This document shows positions 27,369-41,599 of a stretch of 64,000 nt of DNA, in pieces. The notes beneath the pieces are model-generated. The model was not told the DNA's origin. It was given only the letters and a program-made list of their open reading frames with translations, and ran no database searches. Position 1 is the stretch's first letter; every line of letters begins with the position of its first letter. The position numbers and the translations under genes are program-made. Origin of the DNA: Eledone cirrhosa (taxonomy: Eukaryota); NCBI GenBank assembly GCA_964016885.1, contig OZ024742.1, forward strand, positions 201,438,001-201,502,000, read 5' to 3'.

Positions 27369-28055
27369 AACTACTACTACTACTACTGTTGTTGCTGCTG
27401 CTACTGCTACTGCTGCTCTGCTACTACTACTTCTGCTACGTAGAGTCAGAGTCATCATCTTCTTCTTCTTCTTCTTCTTCTTCTTCTTCTTCTTCTTCTT
27501 CTTCTTCTTCTTCTTCTTCTTCTTCTTCTTCTTCGTCGTCGTCGTCGCCATCATTCTCGTCATCATCTTCTTCTTCACCTCACCACCAATACAACCATCA
27601 TAACCATCATCATCATCACCATCATCATCACCATCTTCGTCGTCGTCGTTGGTTATCGTCCTCGTCGTCGTCATCATCATCATCATCATCACTCTTGCTG
27701 CACATTAACTCGTCCTCTTCGTCCTGCTCCCCCCCCCCCTACATTTATCACAACTATCAAAACCAATATGATCCCCACCACCGCCACCATCATCCATATC
27801 GATCTCGTACAATATCTACAATTTTCATTGTAATCATGAATGGTTTAACAAACTTCCAGCTCTCTATATCATTTCTATATTCACCTCAATTTATATACAT
27901 CAATCTACTGCTTTCATTGAGAACAATATCTATATAATTGCTATTAATTATACACTTCCATAATCAATGTATATAAAATAGACTGATCCACGTTTTTATG
28001 TGAAACAGCCTATATAGCAAAACGTAGGTCTTCCACGTATATTGATATCTAGATT

Positions 28056-28116
<61 letters not shown>

Positions 28117-28121
<5 letters not shown>

Positions 28122-28249
28122 AAAATGTATGACCCCACAGCAGAGCTCAAGCTGTTTCGACGGCTATTTCTGGACTAAATTCTAATTTAGGCCAGAAATA
28201 GCCGTCGTAACGGCTTGAGCTCTGCCCTCGAGGTCATACTCTTTCCTAT
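28117..28249. repeat. Near-perfect 133-bp foldback palindrome in (TA)n
   Basis: gcagagctcaagctgtttcgacggctatttctggactaaat-tcta-atttaggccagaaatagccgtcgtaacggcttgagctctgc, plus an outer ataggaaa..gtatgacc/ggtcatac..tttcctat stem. Confidence 0.9.
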
Positions 28250-28326
28250 TACCCACCACTTTACTACCCTAAGTATTGAGTACTCTGGTGCGTTATGGTC
28301 CATCTGGTTCCTTACCACAATTGCTT

Positions 28327-28387
<61 letters not shown>

Positions 28388-28388
<1 letters not shown>

Positions 28389-28810
28389 TAGCAGAGGTAC
28401 CCGGCGTTGCTCGGGTATTAAATAGCAGTTATGTATACCATCTATGTCAATACTTCAGTGCTGCTTCGAAAACTATACTTTTACAAAATCATCGGCTTTT
28501 TCCCAAAGGCGGTTCCTGCCCCCAGGGGTCCCCTACTCAGTATGTGCCAATTCACATTCATCTGTAGAACAAACGTAGCCCATGTGTGTCAAATTTGGTG
28601 AAAATCGGTTGCAAACCCCAGAAGTTATGACGTTCTGTTGCATTGCACTGCAGTGCTTCAGTCGACTCCAAGGAAATAGTTGAAGGGGGCTATCTGCCGG
28701 GAGGCCCTATAATCAATATCTGGAAAAATGAAAGTGCCCATGACCATCCGGAGTACATAAGTAACCTATGTCTTAAGTTTGGTAAAATACTGTAGAAATG
28801 CATAAGGCTT
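28388..28810 (-). mobile_element. Non-autonomous Helitron-like element (3' end defined)
   Basis: Minus strand has a GC-rich hairpin TACCCGAGC-aac-GCCGGGTA a few nt before CTAG|T at 28388. The internal aaatttggtgaaaatcggt motif is typical of non-autonomous Helitrons. The 5' limit is uncertain. Confidence 0.65.
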
Positions 28811-28882
28811 ACACACACGCACATGCATGTGTGTGTTTGTGTGTGTGTATGTATTTGTGTGTGTGTGTGTGTGTGTCTGTCT

Positions 28883-28929
<47 letters not shown>

Positions 28930-29401
28930 TGTGTGTGTATGTATTTGTGTGTGCGTATGTATATGTATGTGTATGTCCGTCGACGCATAAGTATGTACTG
29001 GCCTAAATCTTCACTATTTACTTTTACTATTTTATCAAATTTATTTACATCACTCTTAAAACTCCAGACCAGAGCTGGAAATCATTCGGTTATTTTAAAT
29101 AGAATATTAGTCTAACGACTCCATTTATACCATAAGCTTGGTCTTGTCTTTGCATGAAATTGTTCTTCTCAGTCCACAAAACGACGTATTATCCTAGCTT
29201 TTTTTCCGTTCATTGCAGGGAACGTCTTCACGAAGCAAAATATCGTCTTCCTGTTTTCCTTCGGTTGCAACGTTTCTCGAAATATTACTCCTGCATTCAC
29301 ATTAAATTTTTTAGTTTCAGAAGATCCCGTTAATGTTGAAACAGCGATTCTTTGCTTAAACTTAAATCTGTTCTTATAACAAACATATATATATATATAG
29401 G

Positions 29402-29456
<55 letters not shown>

Positions 29457-29539
29457 CAGAGAGAGAGAGAGAGAGCGAGAGAGAGAGGGAGAGAGATGCT
29501 TTGTACGGCTTTTGGAGGAAGAGTGACCAGCAGGACGTT

Positions 29540-29953
29540 GTTCGGTATTATTACGAATTATTCACTGCCCTCCTTACTCAGATGTGCATTGAAGTCCCCC
29601 AAAACAAGCAGGATGTTGTGTGCTTGAGTGGTGTTGACAGCACTACACACCTCCTCCTGGAACTCTTCCGCACTTACATCACTGTCTCCCTCGATTAGAC
29701 TATAGGCTGAGGTGACTGTCAGTCTTGGGTTTCCATTGAATGTCACCCTCAACACTCGCGGGGAGACAGGTATTATTTCCCTCACCAATAGTCTGGTTTT
29801 TGTGCTGAAAACAAAATCCACTCCTCACGGGCTCATCGTGTAGGATCGTGTGTTCTTGGATCGCAAGCATCTGTATACCCCTCTCCTCGAACAGATGTCC
29901 CAACTCCTCTCTCTTCTCCAGCGTCCGAATAGTCCTCACATTCAAAGTGCCCA
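29540..29953 (-). mobile_element. LINE apurinic-like endonuclease (APE) fragment
   Basis: GTLNVRT...AIQEH and SAYS...LVLGDFNAHL motifs of LINE APE domains in ORFs 29700-29954 and 29558-29821. Confidence 0.85.
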
Positions 29954-29957
29954 TATA

Positions 29958-30042
<85 letters not shown>

Positions 30043-30164
30043 GGAAGCAGAAAATTGCTTATTGTGATCCAGTTCGTCGTTAAGAAAGCCAGTTTCATGG
30101 ACGGTTTCAACGTACGGTTAGGGGTAACTCCACAAGTTTGTAAGAATTCCGTTCAATCTTGGAG

Positions 30165-30274
<110 letters not shown>

Positions 30275-30887
30275 TTAAGGATACTATTTATGGTCATGCA
30301 TATACAAAAACCTTTTGTAGTTATATATATTTTTACAAACCCTAAATAGTGATAGGCAGTAATATATTACCACCTTATTACCAGTAAGATAAATAGCTCA
30401 ATGTAGTAACATCAGTTGTTTTACAGAGCAGTTATATATAAGTTATAATAATCAAAGTTCTGTTCAAATCATTTATATGCTTACAATTGTTTCCTCCAAA
30501 CCGAGGTTTGGATTCTTCAGAGCAATTTATTAATGAATGATCACATATATGACCTCCTTTTCAACCCAAGAGACATACAGATACATATGCTTATATTGTT
30601 GCTTAGTGGGTCGACATCCATTATAACATTTAGCGTGGCAGTATACATTTAAAGATTACATTCATATCAAAAAAGGATAAAATTAAAATTAATGTTAAAA
30701 TACAACATGAAATTAATGCGATAGGATAGTCAGAAGCATAAGTGTGTGCAATAGTTATACGTGTGGCAAGCACGTGTGTCTTATTTATAAATATTATAGT
30801 GCGGCAGGGTGTTACAAGTAAAACAAGCACTGTAAGCGGTAAGATTTAAGCACTGTAAGATTTAATCAAGGTAGTCTACCTTTATTA

Positions 30888-31223
<336 letters not shown>

Positions 31224-31307
31224 CATATATATAAATATATATATATACATATATACATATATATACATATATACAATCATATATATATATATTATATATA
31301 CACACAG

Positions 31308-31340
<33 letters not shown>

Positions 31341-31737
31341 ATAGTGTTTGACTTAGTGGTAATGATCATGCTTTCGCTTACAGATTTAGGTGCAGACTGA
31401 GGCCCCTTCTCATCTCATGCCTGTTTGAGCCAACATTTTTATCCAGGTTCTGATATCTGGAAGGAAAATGGTCTGCACAAGCCCTGACGTCGTAACTTGT
31501 TTATCGACCACGAACAGATGAACGGGAAAGTGGCCCTTAAGATTATACTGCCTTAAGATTATACTAGAAAACATAAACATATAACATTAAAGACGACAAT
31601 AGAACTAATTTAGATTTGACAGGTATGAAAAGACCTTTTGTTAAAAGAACTGTCGATAGTTAAACATAGCATACGCACATAAAGGTTGGAGACATGTTAC
31701 TTTGACGTCGACATCACCATCGATTGTAACATAATGT

Positions 31738-31774
<37 letters not shown>

Positions 31775-31789
31775 ATAATATAATATATA

Positions 31790-31972
31790 ATAATTGTTTC
31801 TACTATTGGCACAAGGCCAGAAATTACCCAGTACATTACTGGTACTTTATTTTATCGACCCCGTAAGGATGAAAGGCAAAGTTAACCTCGGCGGGATTTG
31901 AACTCAGAATAGCAAGGGCCGTAACTCTATGCATCAAAGCATGGCGTCCGACCCTCTACCGATACTGCCAAT
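31790..31972 (-). mobile_element. SINE family A
   Basis: Near-complete reverse-complement copy. Confidence 0.88.
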
Positions 31973-32078
31973 ATATAATAATATAATATAATATATAATA
32001 TAATATATAATAATATAATATATAATAATATAATAATATAATATATAATATATATATGTATATATATGTATATATATG

Positions 32079-32207
<129 letters not shown>

Positions 32208-32680
32208 ATATAATATATAATAATATAATATAATATATAATATAATATATAATAATATAATATAATATATATTTTTGATTAGTATATTGAAATCTGCTCT
32301 CTATTTCTGCTTGATAGATAATCTTGTAGAGTAATCGCAAGAATAATAATACGCTCAAATTTTTATACCACATTGAGAATGTTTTCCGGTAACTTAGAGT
32401 TTGCAGAGTGAATCAGTTGGATTCACATTTATGTTTGTAGCTGTCACATAAACATATGAATTTTTTAAAACTAAACATAAGATAATGAATTTTCACACAT
32501 TGTGAATACTTGTTTCATTCAGGAATACTGATATTTACAATATAGTGTAAGTTTTATAAATACTAATACATTAAAACATAGGGTTCTCTACGCCTCGAAT
32601 ATGTCTGGCTATTTTTAAATTTTTTCTCTCTCTATATCTCTCTATATCTCTATATATCTCCCTTACATTAATACTTGAGC

Positions 32681-32711
<31 letters not shown>

Positions 32712-33083
32712 ATGTATCATTGATACACTTACTCAAAATGACCTCCCACTACCTAATTCTCTCTCTATATATATATGTATCTATCTCTATTTCCTCTCTC
32801 TCTATATATATATATATCTCTTTCTGTCTCTTTACATGAAGCTCTTCGCTTTATCTATTTTTCCATCTCTCTATTTTGTTCCATGCATTTCTTCTTTTTC
32901 TTTTTCTTTTTCTTTTTCTTCTTTTTCTTCCTTTTCTTCGTTTTGTCTTTCTTTCTTTTTCCCCTCTTTTCTTTCTCTCTTTCTTTCTCTCTGTATTTTC
33001 ACTGCTAGCGTAAACCTCTTCAAATGAAGTCGATGTTTATTACGGTATGTCGAATATATTTATCTATAAAACTGTTTATATTG

Positions 33084-33149
33084 TATTTTGTCTGATGAAG
33101 GCATAGCATATTGTTAATATGAAATCCCCGAAATATATATAATGAAATA
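33084..33149 (+). ncRNA. Type I hammerhead ribozyme, partly degenerate
   Basis: TATTTTGT-CTGATGA-AGGCATAGCATATT-gtt-AATATGAAATCCCC-GAAA-TATATA-TA/ATGAAATA. Stem I pairs with two G.U wobbles; the base of stem II has mismatches. Next to (TA)n. Confidence 0.7.
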
Positions 33150-33192
33150 AATATGGTTTTATAAATATAGTTTTCCATTTATTTAATATTGT

Positions 33193-33236
<44 letters not shown>

Positions 33237-33337
33237 TATACATATATATATACATATATATATATACATACATACATACATATATATAAATATATATATG
33301 TATGTATGTATGTATATATATATATATATTCATATGA

Positions 33338-33518
<181 letters not shown>

Positions 33519-34035
33519 TATACACATATATACATACATTATATGTTGCAGTCAATGTTATATATATATATACACACGTGCACATAATATTGATTTTGTC
33601 ATATATATATGCATATCCGGATGTGGTTGGCGGGTGAGAGAAAAGAGTACACAAAATCCAAGTAGAGTTTTAATGTTCATTTTATTAAGGGTCAATAGTG
33701 AGTCCCGTTACTCTGGAGTGTCGCCTAATTTTCACAGGGTCACCAGACAAAATGTTCTTGTTTGATGATCCTGTGATAAACAGGCAAAATATAGCACTCA
33801 CCGGTGGTTTGGGAAAGCAACAAAAATTATCAGCCCGGGAGATATCAATCAATTGAAATAGTAGGATTAATTTTTATTTCGTCTTCAGGTGTTTCTGTTC
33901 AACTATTTGTTGTCCTGTGAGGTAATAAATGTTGCGTAACAGTTATCATCGAAATATATATAAGAAATATAATAAGAGAAATGAAGTCAATTGTAACCTG
34001 TTGACTTGTACTTCATCATATGTATATATATACAA

Positions 34036-34125
<90 letters not shown>

Positions 34126-34156
34126 GTGTGCGTGTCTGTATACGTATATATATATA

Positions 34157-34250
34157 TCTAGGGCGGGTAAAATTCCCGAGACCCATGGACGAGTTCTGTC
34201 CAGTGGTCTCTGTCCCTCATTATCGCTGCCATATCATGCGTCTCCAACAC
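34157..34250 (-). mobile_element. Short 3' end of the same RTE-like LINE family
   Basis: ctagg..ggtaaaattccc..ccatggacgagttct..ctcattat..gccat..tgcgtctccaaca matches 4380-4472. Confidence 0.75.
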
Positions 34251-34298
<48 letters not shown>

Positions 34299-34299
34299 T

Positions 34300-35870
34300 T
34301 CATTCAGGAGGTTATAGAGTCCATCGGACCAAAGTATGAGACTTGCAAATCTAGGCTTCTAAATAAGTGCTTCTTCATGCACTTGCAGTACAAGCAGGTG
34401 CAAAAAGTTGCACCAGAGACTGTAAAGGAGCCCAAAGTTAAAACGACTTTACATTTGCAAACAAAGTATTCTGGAAATCTATCTGCCGTCTTCATAATAA
34501 GAAGTTTTCTCAACACCTGCAAGGAATACGTCTGGTGTCCCCTCTTCAGAGAGATACATCCTCACAACGTCGAGAGAATCCATTACTGTTCTTCTAATTC
34601 CGGCCACAACATGTTCTGATTTATATGCTGTGCATCTGGGGGTGATGACTGATCTGTCAGTAGTTGAGGTCTCCAGAGCAATAAAGGAGCTCAAGTGTGG
34701 CAAGACCTTAAGGCAGTATAAAATTCGAATCGAGATGTTAAAAGCTTAAATAGAGAAGTTATTCACTGGCTGCCGGCTGATCTTTTTCTCTAAAAAGGCA
34801 CCGAAGCAATGGCAACTGGGGGACATAATTTCATTTTTCAAAAAGGGGGTCAGGTGAGGGTACTAAATATTCAGAATGGGGCAGATCTTCGGAAAATCGT
34901 CGGTGTATTTTCAAGAGATGTAGGCTTCTTTGTAGACCCCGAACAAGCATATGACCGCGTTCCACGGGATCTGTTATAGAAGTTTCTGCTGGAGTACTGG
35001 GTCAATGGACAGTTTCATATTTCCTTATAATCTCTATACGAATGCCATTGTATTTCCGTGCGGATAAATCGTGCTAAGTCAAACCATTCAATGTGGTGTA
35101 GGACTCCACAAAGGGTGCATCCTGACACATATCTTGTTCATAACAGGATTGACATGAACAGCTATTTGGGAAGTGGTATCAGAACTGATGGTTGTAGGAT
35201 CAGTCGGTTGGAATTTGTAGACAACATAGTAGCACTTAACCTACCATAAGGTGATCTTTGACATGCACTTGATAAGGTTGCTGTCGAGTGCGACACGGAA
35301 GAAATGAAAATCAGTGTTGCGAAATCTGAGCCTCTCTTCCTCCCAAGGAAGCATGCGCAGTGTACACTAGATGTGACTGAAGAAGGTGAATTTCAAGTAT
35401 CCCGCGGATATTTTCATGAGTGATGAGGGTGGGCATGAATCTGGATTAAGTCCACCAATTACAGGAGCCGGTGCAGTAATACGCCAGCTTCATCATTTAG
35501 TCATCAATCCTGTATTCGTGCCAACACTTGACTATGGGTGGTGAATGTTGGGAAATGAAGTGGGGATTTATTCAATGAGTCTTTAGAGTAACGTTACTCA
35601 ATATATTGCGTAGCTCGGAGAAAAGGGAGACGCTGCAGGGATTAATGCTATTTCTCTCTATTGAGAGATTACAGCTCCGATACTACGGACATGTTGTCAG
35701 GGTGTCTCAGGAAAGTATCATTGCACAATTTTACGTGTAAAGCCAACAGCAGAAGACACAGGAGTAAACCCCGAACAAGGATATAGGATAACATCCATGG
35801 GCTCGACTGGTCTCGCTTGGGGATCCAGCCAGATAAATTGGAGACAATTGCTTCTGGAAGGCGTGTTTCA
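34300..35870 (+). mobile_element. Heavily decayed LINE (RTE-like) RT region
   Basis: Remnant motifs read across frames: FFVDPEQAYDRVPR (F.D..KAYD.V.R), QGC, LEFVDNIV (FADD-like), MKISVAKSE, FKYP and LRYYGHVVR. Confidence 0.7.
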
Positions 35871-35932
35871 GGACTCTGACTCTACGTAGCAGAAGTAGTA
35901 GTAGCAGAGCAGCAGTAGCAGCAGCAGTAGTA

Positions 35933-36014
<82 letters not shown>

Positions 36015-36044
36015 CAGCAGGAGCAGCAGTAGTAGTAGAAGAAG

Positions 36045-36076
<32 letters not shown>

Positions 36077-36383
36077 GAAGAAGAAGAAGAAGAAGAAGAA
36101 GAAGAAGAAGAAGAAGAAGAAGAAGCAGCAGCAGCTCTGGGAACTGGGGCAAGCAAATAGTGAAACATTTATAACAACCACCCTATTATATCAGGTACAA
36201 TATCTATAGAATGTTCCTGACCTCCACAACATGCACAGCCACAAGCACATCTGACTTGATCCCTAGCAATGTCTAGCATGATCACTATCACCATCACAAC
36301 CACCACAACCACCAGCACGCCCATCCATACACACACCATCAATATTATATTAACAACAACAGTAATATAAATATCATTATCAA

Positions 36384-36775
36384 AGGGCGGTGGATTGGCA
36401 GAGTTGGTAGAGGGTTGGACGCCATGCTTTCTAGCATAGTTACGTCTCTTTACAGTCTGAGTTCAAATCCCGCTGAGGTTAACTTTGCCTTTCATCCTTA
36501 AGGGGTCGATACAACAAAGTACCAGTAATGTACTGGGTATTTGCTGGTCTTGTGCCTAAAGTAGAAACAATTATTTGGCTAGGGAGGTGGAATGGCAGTA
36601 TTAGTAGAGGGTCGGACGCCATGCTTTGACGCATAGAGTTACGTCCCTTGTCATTCAGATTTCAAATCCTGCCGAGGTAAACTTTGCCTTTCATCCTTAC
36701 GGGGTCGATAAAATAAAGTACCAGTAATGCACTGGGTAATTGCTGGCCTTGTGCCAAATGTAGAAACAATTATTA
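36384..36775 (+). mobile_element. Two head-to-tail SINE family A copies
   Basis: Complete consensus twice (about 36384-36574 and 36580-36775). Confidence 0.88.
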
Positions 36776-36949
36776 TAAACATAAAATTGATATCAAATCC
36801 CGCCGAATTTAAGATTGCTTTCAACATTCCGTGCTCTAGAAAATAAATACCAGTTACATATTGGGGCGGATACAAGATACTCACCTGAAAATGAATTGTT
36901 GGTCTTGGGTTTAAATTAGACAAATTTAAGATAGCCTTAAACACATAAA

Positions 36950-37940
36950 CACAACCAACAACAACACCAAACAAAACCACCACCACCACCACCATCAACA
37001 ACAACACCAAACAAAACCACCACCACCACCACCATCAACAAAAACACCAAACAAAACCACCCCCACCACCACCACCATCAACAACAAAACCAAACAAAAC
37101 CACCACCACCACCACCACACCCCACCATCAACAACAACAAAACCAAACAAAACCACCACCACCACACAACCACCATCAACAACAAAACCAAACAAAACCA
37201 CCACCATCACACCTCCACCATCAACAACAACACCACCAAACAAAACCACCACCATCAACAACAATAAAACCAAACAAAACCACCACCACCACCATCAACA
37301 ACAACAAAACGAAACAAAACCACCACCACCACCACCATCAACAAAAACAACACCAAACAAAACCACCACCACCACCACCATCAACAACAACAATACCAAA
37401 CAAAAACCCACCACCCCTACCATCAACAACAACAACACCAAACAAAACCACCACCACCATCAACAACAACACCAAACAAAACCACCACCACCACCATCAA
37501 CAACAACACCAAACAAAAACCACCACCACCACCACCACCACCACCACCACCACCATCAACAACAACACCAAACAAAAACCACCACCACCACCACCACCAC
37601 CATCATCAACAACATCAAACAAAACCACCACCACCACCACCATCAACAACAACACCAAACAAAACCACCACCACCACCATCAACAACAACACCAAACAAA
37701 ACCACCACCACCACCACCACCACCATCAACAACAACACCAAACAAAACCACCACCACCACCACCACCATCAACAACAACACCAAACAAAACCACCACCAC
37801 CACCATCAACAACAACACCAAACAAAACCACCACCACCACCACCACCACCATCAACAACAACACCAAACAAAACCACCACCACCACCACCATCAACAACA
37901 ACACCAAACAAAACCACCACCACCACCACCACCATCAACG
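36950..37940. repeat. Minisatellite (accaccatcaacaacaacaccaaacaaa)n
   Basis: ~30-36 bp units with a variable (acc)n count. Confidence 0.92.
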
Positions 37941-38171
37941 ACAATAACAACATCCCTCCACCACCACCATCACTAGCACCACCACCATCACCAGTACCAC
38001 CCCCATCATCAGCACCACCACCATCACCAACACCACCACCACAATTGAAGAGAATGAGATTTGTAGCGCCCTAAGACCATCACCTCATTCCACCCACCCC
38101 GGGACAAACTGGAGAGTAAGGATCACCATGCCTCTACCCTCCACCAATTTCCATCGCCAGTCAGATTATGT

Positions 38172-38360
38172 AGGGGGGATTGGCAGTATCAGTAGAAGGT
38201 CGGGCGCCATGCTTTACAGCATAGTTACGTCCCTTTACGGTCTAAGTTCAAATCCCGCCAAGGTTTACTTTGCCTTTCATCCTTACGGGGTCGATAAAAT
38301 AAAGTACCAGTAATGCACTGGTGTAATTGCTGGCCTTGTGCCAAAAGTAGAAACAATTAT
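38172..38360 (+). mobile_element. SINE family A
   Basis: Complete consensus copy. Confidence 0.88.
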
Positions 38361-38766
38361 GTAGTAATATGTAGATAGTATCACATCATACCACTATATA
38401 TAAATATAATATATATATATATATATATACAACTTTATATACACGCGCATATATATATGAAAAGATTCAGGACCCCGACGGCTGAGCTCCGGCTGTTTCG
38501 ACAGCTATATATATAAATATATATATATATATATAATGTATAATGTATAGTTGTCCGAGAGAAGCGAGTTCGGTGAAGTAAGAGCAAGGCTTCAACCAAA
38601 AGTACTGGGATCGATATGACGATATGATCGATTAAATTAGGTCTGTGCCCCAGCATGGTCAAAGTCAGATAACGGAAAGTAGCAAAGAAATAAATTAATT
38701 ATGCATATATATATATGTGTGTGTGTATAGAATATATATATATATGTGTGTGTGGGTGTAAATATA

Positions 38767-38846
<80 letters not shown>

Positions 38847-39111
38847 CAACATGAGCTGAGAATTTAATTTTTTTTATTAAGGAAATACGATAAAGGAAAA
38901 GGTCCTTATAAATAGCCAAACCCCGCACCCACTCACATAGTCTCTCTCCCCCTCCTCCCATAGAAGATAGTCAAATATATTTCCAGAGTAATTCACTGGA
39001 CAGTTCTGGCTACATTCAAAATGATATAGTATATAATACACATATGCACACATACACAAACACATACATATACACATCCACATATATATGTATATAGAAA
39101 TATGTACTTAC

Positions 39112-39321
39112 CACGTCTAGAAGTTGTGATAGCCTCATACCCAGTTTCACCGATAGGCGTCCAGCATGGGAACCCATGGGGCGCAACAGTTTGTTGTAGT
39201 TTCGATGTATCATCAGTTGATGATGGAGACGTTTACCGGGGGGTGCAGCTTCTACAGACAATCGTAATGACCATAACAAAGCCACAATCCAGCCCAGAAG
39301 TATTGCACATGGAAATTCCAT
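39112..39321 (-). CDS. First coding exon of a nicotinic acetylcholine receptor (Cys-loop ligand-gated channel) subunit, probably alpha-type; partial gene
   Basis: Translates to 70 aa: MEFPCAILLGWIVALLWSLRLSVEAAPPGKRLHHQLMIHRNYNKLLRPMGSHAGRLSVKLGMRLSQLLDV. This is a hydrophobic signal peptide followed by the nAChR N-terminal signature KRL..L...YN.L.RP......L.VKLG.RLSQL.DV. It ends at a GTAAGT donor (39111) in phase 0, the conserved nAChR intron position before DE.NQ. Alpha vs non-alpha cannot be settled without the loop C exon. Confidence 0.93.
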
Positions 39322-39609
39322 ATTGTTTTTAATTTTTTTTTTTATTAATTTTTTTTTTTTATTTTCGTTTCGTTTTTCTTTTATTTCTTTTTCGTGTATT
39401 GACCTACATGTCACTCTTTCTCTCTCTCTCTCTTTCTCTCTCTCACTCTCTCTCTCACTCTGTCTCTCTCTCGCACACTCTTTTAATCTATCTAACTCTC
39501 CAATTAATGCAACTCTCATTCCATATGCTGATACATATATATATGTATATATATATTTATATATATGTGTTCACACTTAGACTTATATATATATATATAT
39601 TAATATATG

Positions 39610-39683
<74 letters not shown>

Positions 39684-39722
39684 TATGTCTATATTTATAT
39701 TATATATATACAAATATATGTA

Positions 39723-39788
<66 letters not shown>

Positions 39789-39790
39789 AA

Positions 39791-39838
<48 letters not shown>

Positions 39839-40067
39839 AACACACTCTTTCACCCTCTTCCTTCTTTCCTCTCTCTCGTTCTATCTCTTTATGATTTTCA
39901 CTCATTACTTTTGTTTTAAATGTTTGGTCCTCTGTTATATTTTCTTCTAACCATCTCATATCACATCAGTCTATATACATATACATAAACACACATATAC
40001 ATAAATACACATACATATATATTCTTCTCTCTCGTCATTCATTATACCATTTATTTTATCACTCCAG

Positions 40068-40140
<73 letters not shown>

Positions 40141-41599
40141 TTGATTTTCTGTCTTTCAATACATTTTTTCTTGCCTTGCTTCTTTCCTTGCCTTTTTTCC
40201 CTTGCCTTCTCTCCTGCCTTATTATTATTATAAGAATTCTTATTATTATTATTCTTCTTCTTATTATTATTTATCTCTGCATGTCCACTCTCTCTCGCAC
40301 ACACTATATATATATATATATATATATGACACGGAGGCGGACACACACACTATCACCTGTTAATGATATATATATATATATATATACACACACGAACACA
40401 CAGAATCACTCAATCTGACATCCGATATAAAAGGAATGTTTTAAGTTCTTTTACTTTTTGTAGTTCATTTTCCGTTGACTGCTTTTTTCTCATTCAGTCT
40501 CTTCTACATAATCTGAGTATATATATGTATATATATATGTATATATATATATACACACATGCATATATTTTCTTTTTTCACGCTACTTTCGCTTTCAATT
40601 GATCGTCACTTCTTTTTCTTTTTCTTCCTTCTCTTTTTTCTTTCTTTCTTCGTTCTTTTATCAATTCCAGTGAAATAAGGAAGTGATTATTTTATTTCAT
40701 TTTAAAAAATATCTTTATATATTTAATTTTGTATTTTTGATTGTCGCCTTTGAAATTAAATGTTTCTTTTTTTTTAAATCAACAAATGTTTATCATGTTC
40801 TTGTGGCAAGTAACGAAACAATTGTAATTGTTTATGTTATTGTTTTAATTGTTGTTGTTATTGTTATTACTGTTGCTATTGATTGTTGTCGGTTGCTATT
40901 GTTGTTATTGTTGTTATTATATTGTCAATAAAGAAACCGTTATTAATACTGTTATAGTTATTATTGTTGTTTTTGTTGCTGTTGTTGTTACCGTTAATAT
41001 TGTTGACGTTGTTGTTACTCTTGCTGTGCTTCTTCTTGGTGTTTTTCTTTCAGCCCCACCAAGTAAGGCCTGACTGAGGTAACAAACAACCTATACATCA
41101 CCTTTCCTCGTAAGAAATGCGTTCCAGGCGTGACCATCCCGTCTATTTTTTTTTCTTACTATTATAATTTTTTGTGTGGCAAGATGGTTAAATGTGATAA
41201 GAAAGTTATGATTTGATTGATGGTGAAAATATGCAATTTAGCTGCTATATCTAGCAGTTTGAGTGACCAGGTTTATAATCCTTTATCACCGATCCGTTGA
41301 TGTTGGTGGTGTTAGTGGTGTGGTACCAGCAATTAACGTAGGTTTGTCGGTGTCTGTTTATATATGAACTTCAATGTACTCCATAGTTGGTTCTGACTGG
41401 AGGCTGACAATTTTTTTAACCCTCCCCATTACAATTTCTACTCCCAGCAGTCCATCATGTTGATAGTGATGATGACGAGGATGGTGGTGGTGTTGGTGGT
41501 GATGATAGTGGTGTGTACGTGGTGTTGGTGGTGATGATAGTGGTGTTGAACGTGGTGTTGGTGGTGATGATAGTGGTGATGCTGGGGGTTATGTTGATG

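Noticed and set aside
33755-33800. TTGATGA-T-CCTGT..ACAGG-CAAAA hammerhead-like motif
   Set aside because: Both core boxes are mutated and there is no stem I. Too degenerate to call.
36950-37940. Regularly spaced repeats superficially like a CRISPR array
   Set aside because: No unique spacers, eukaryotic context and no cas genes.
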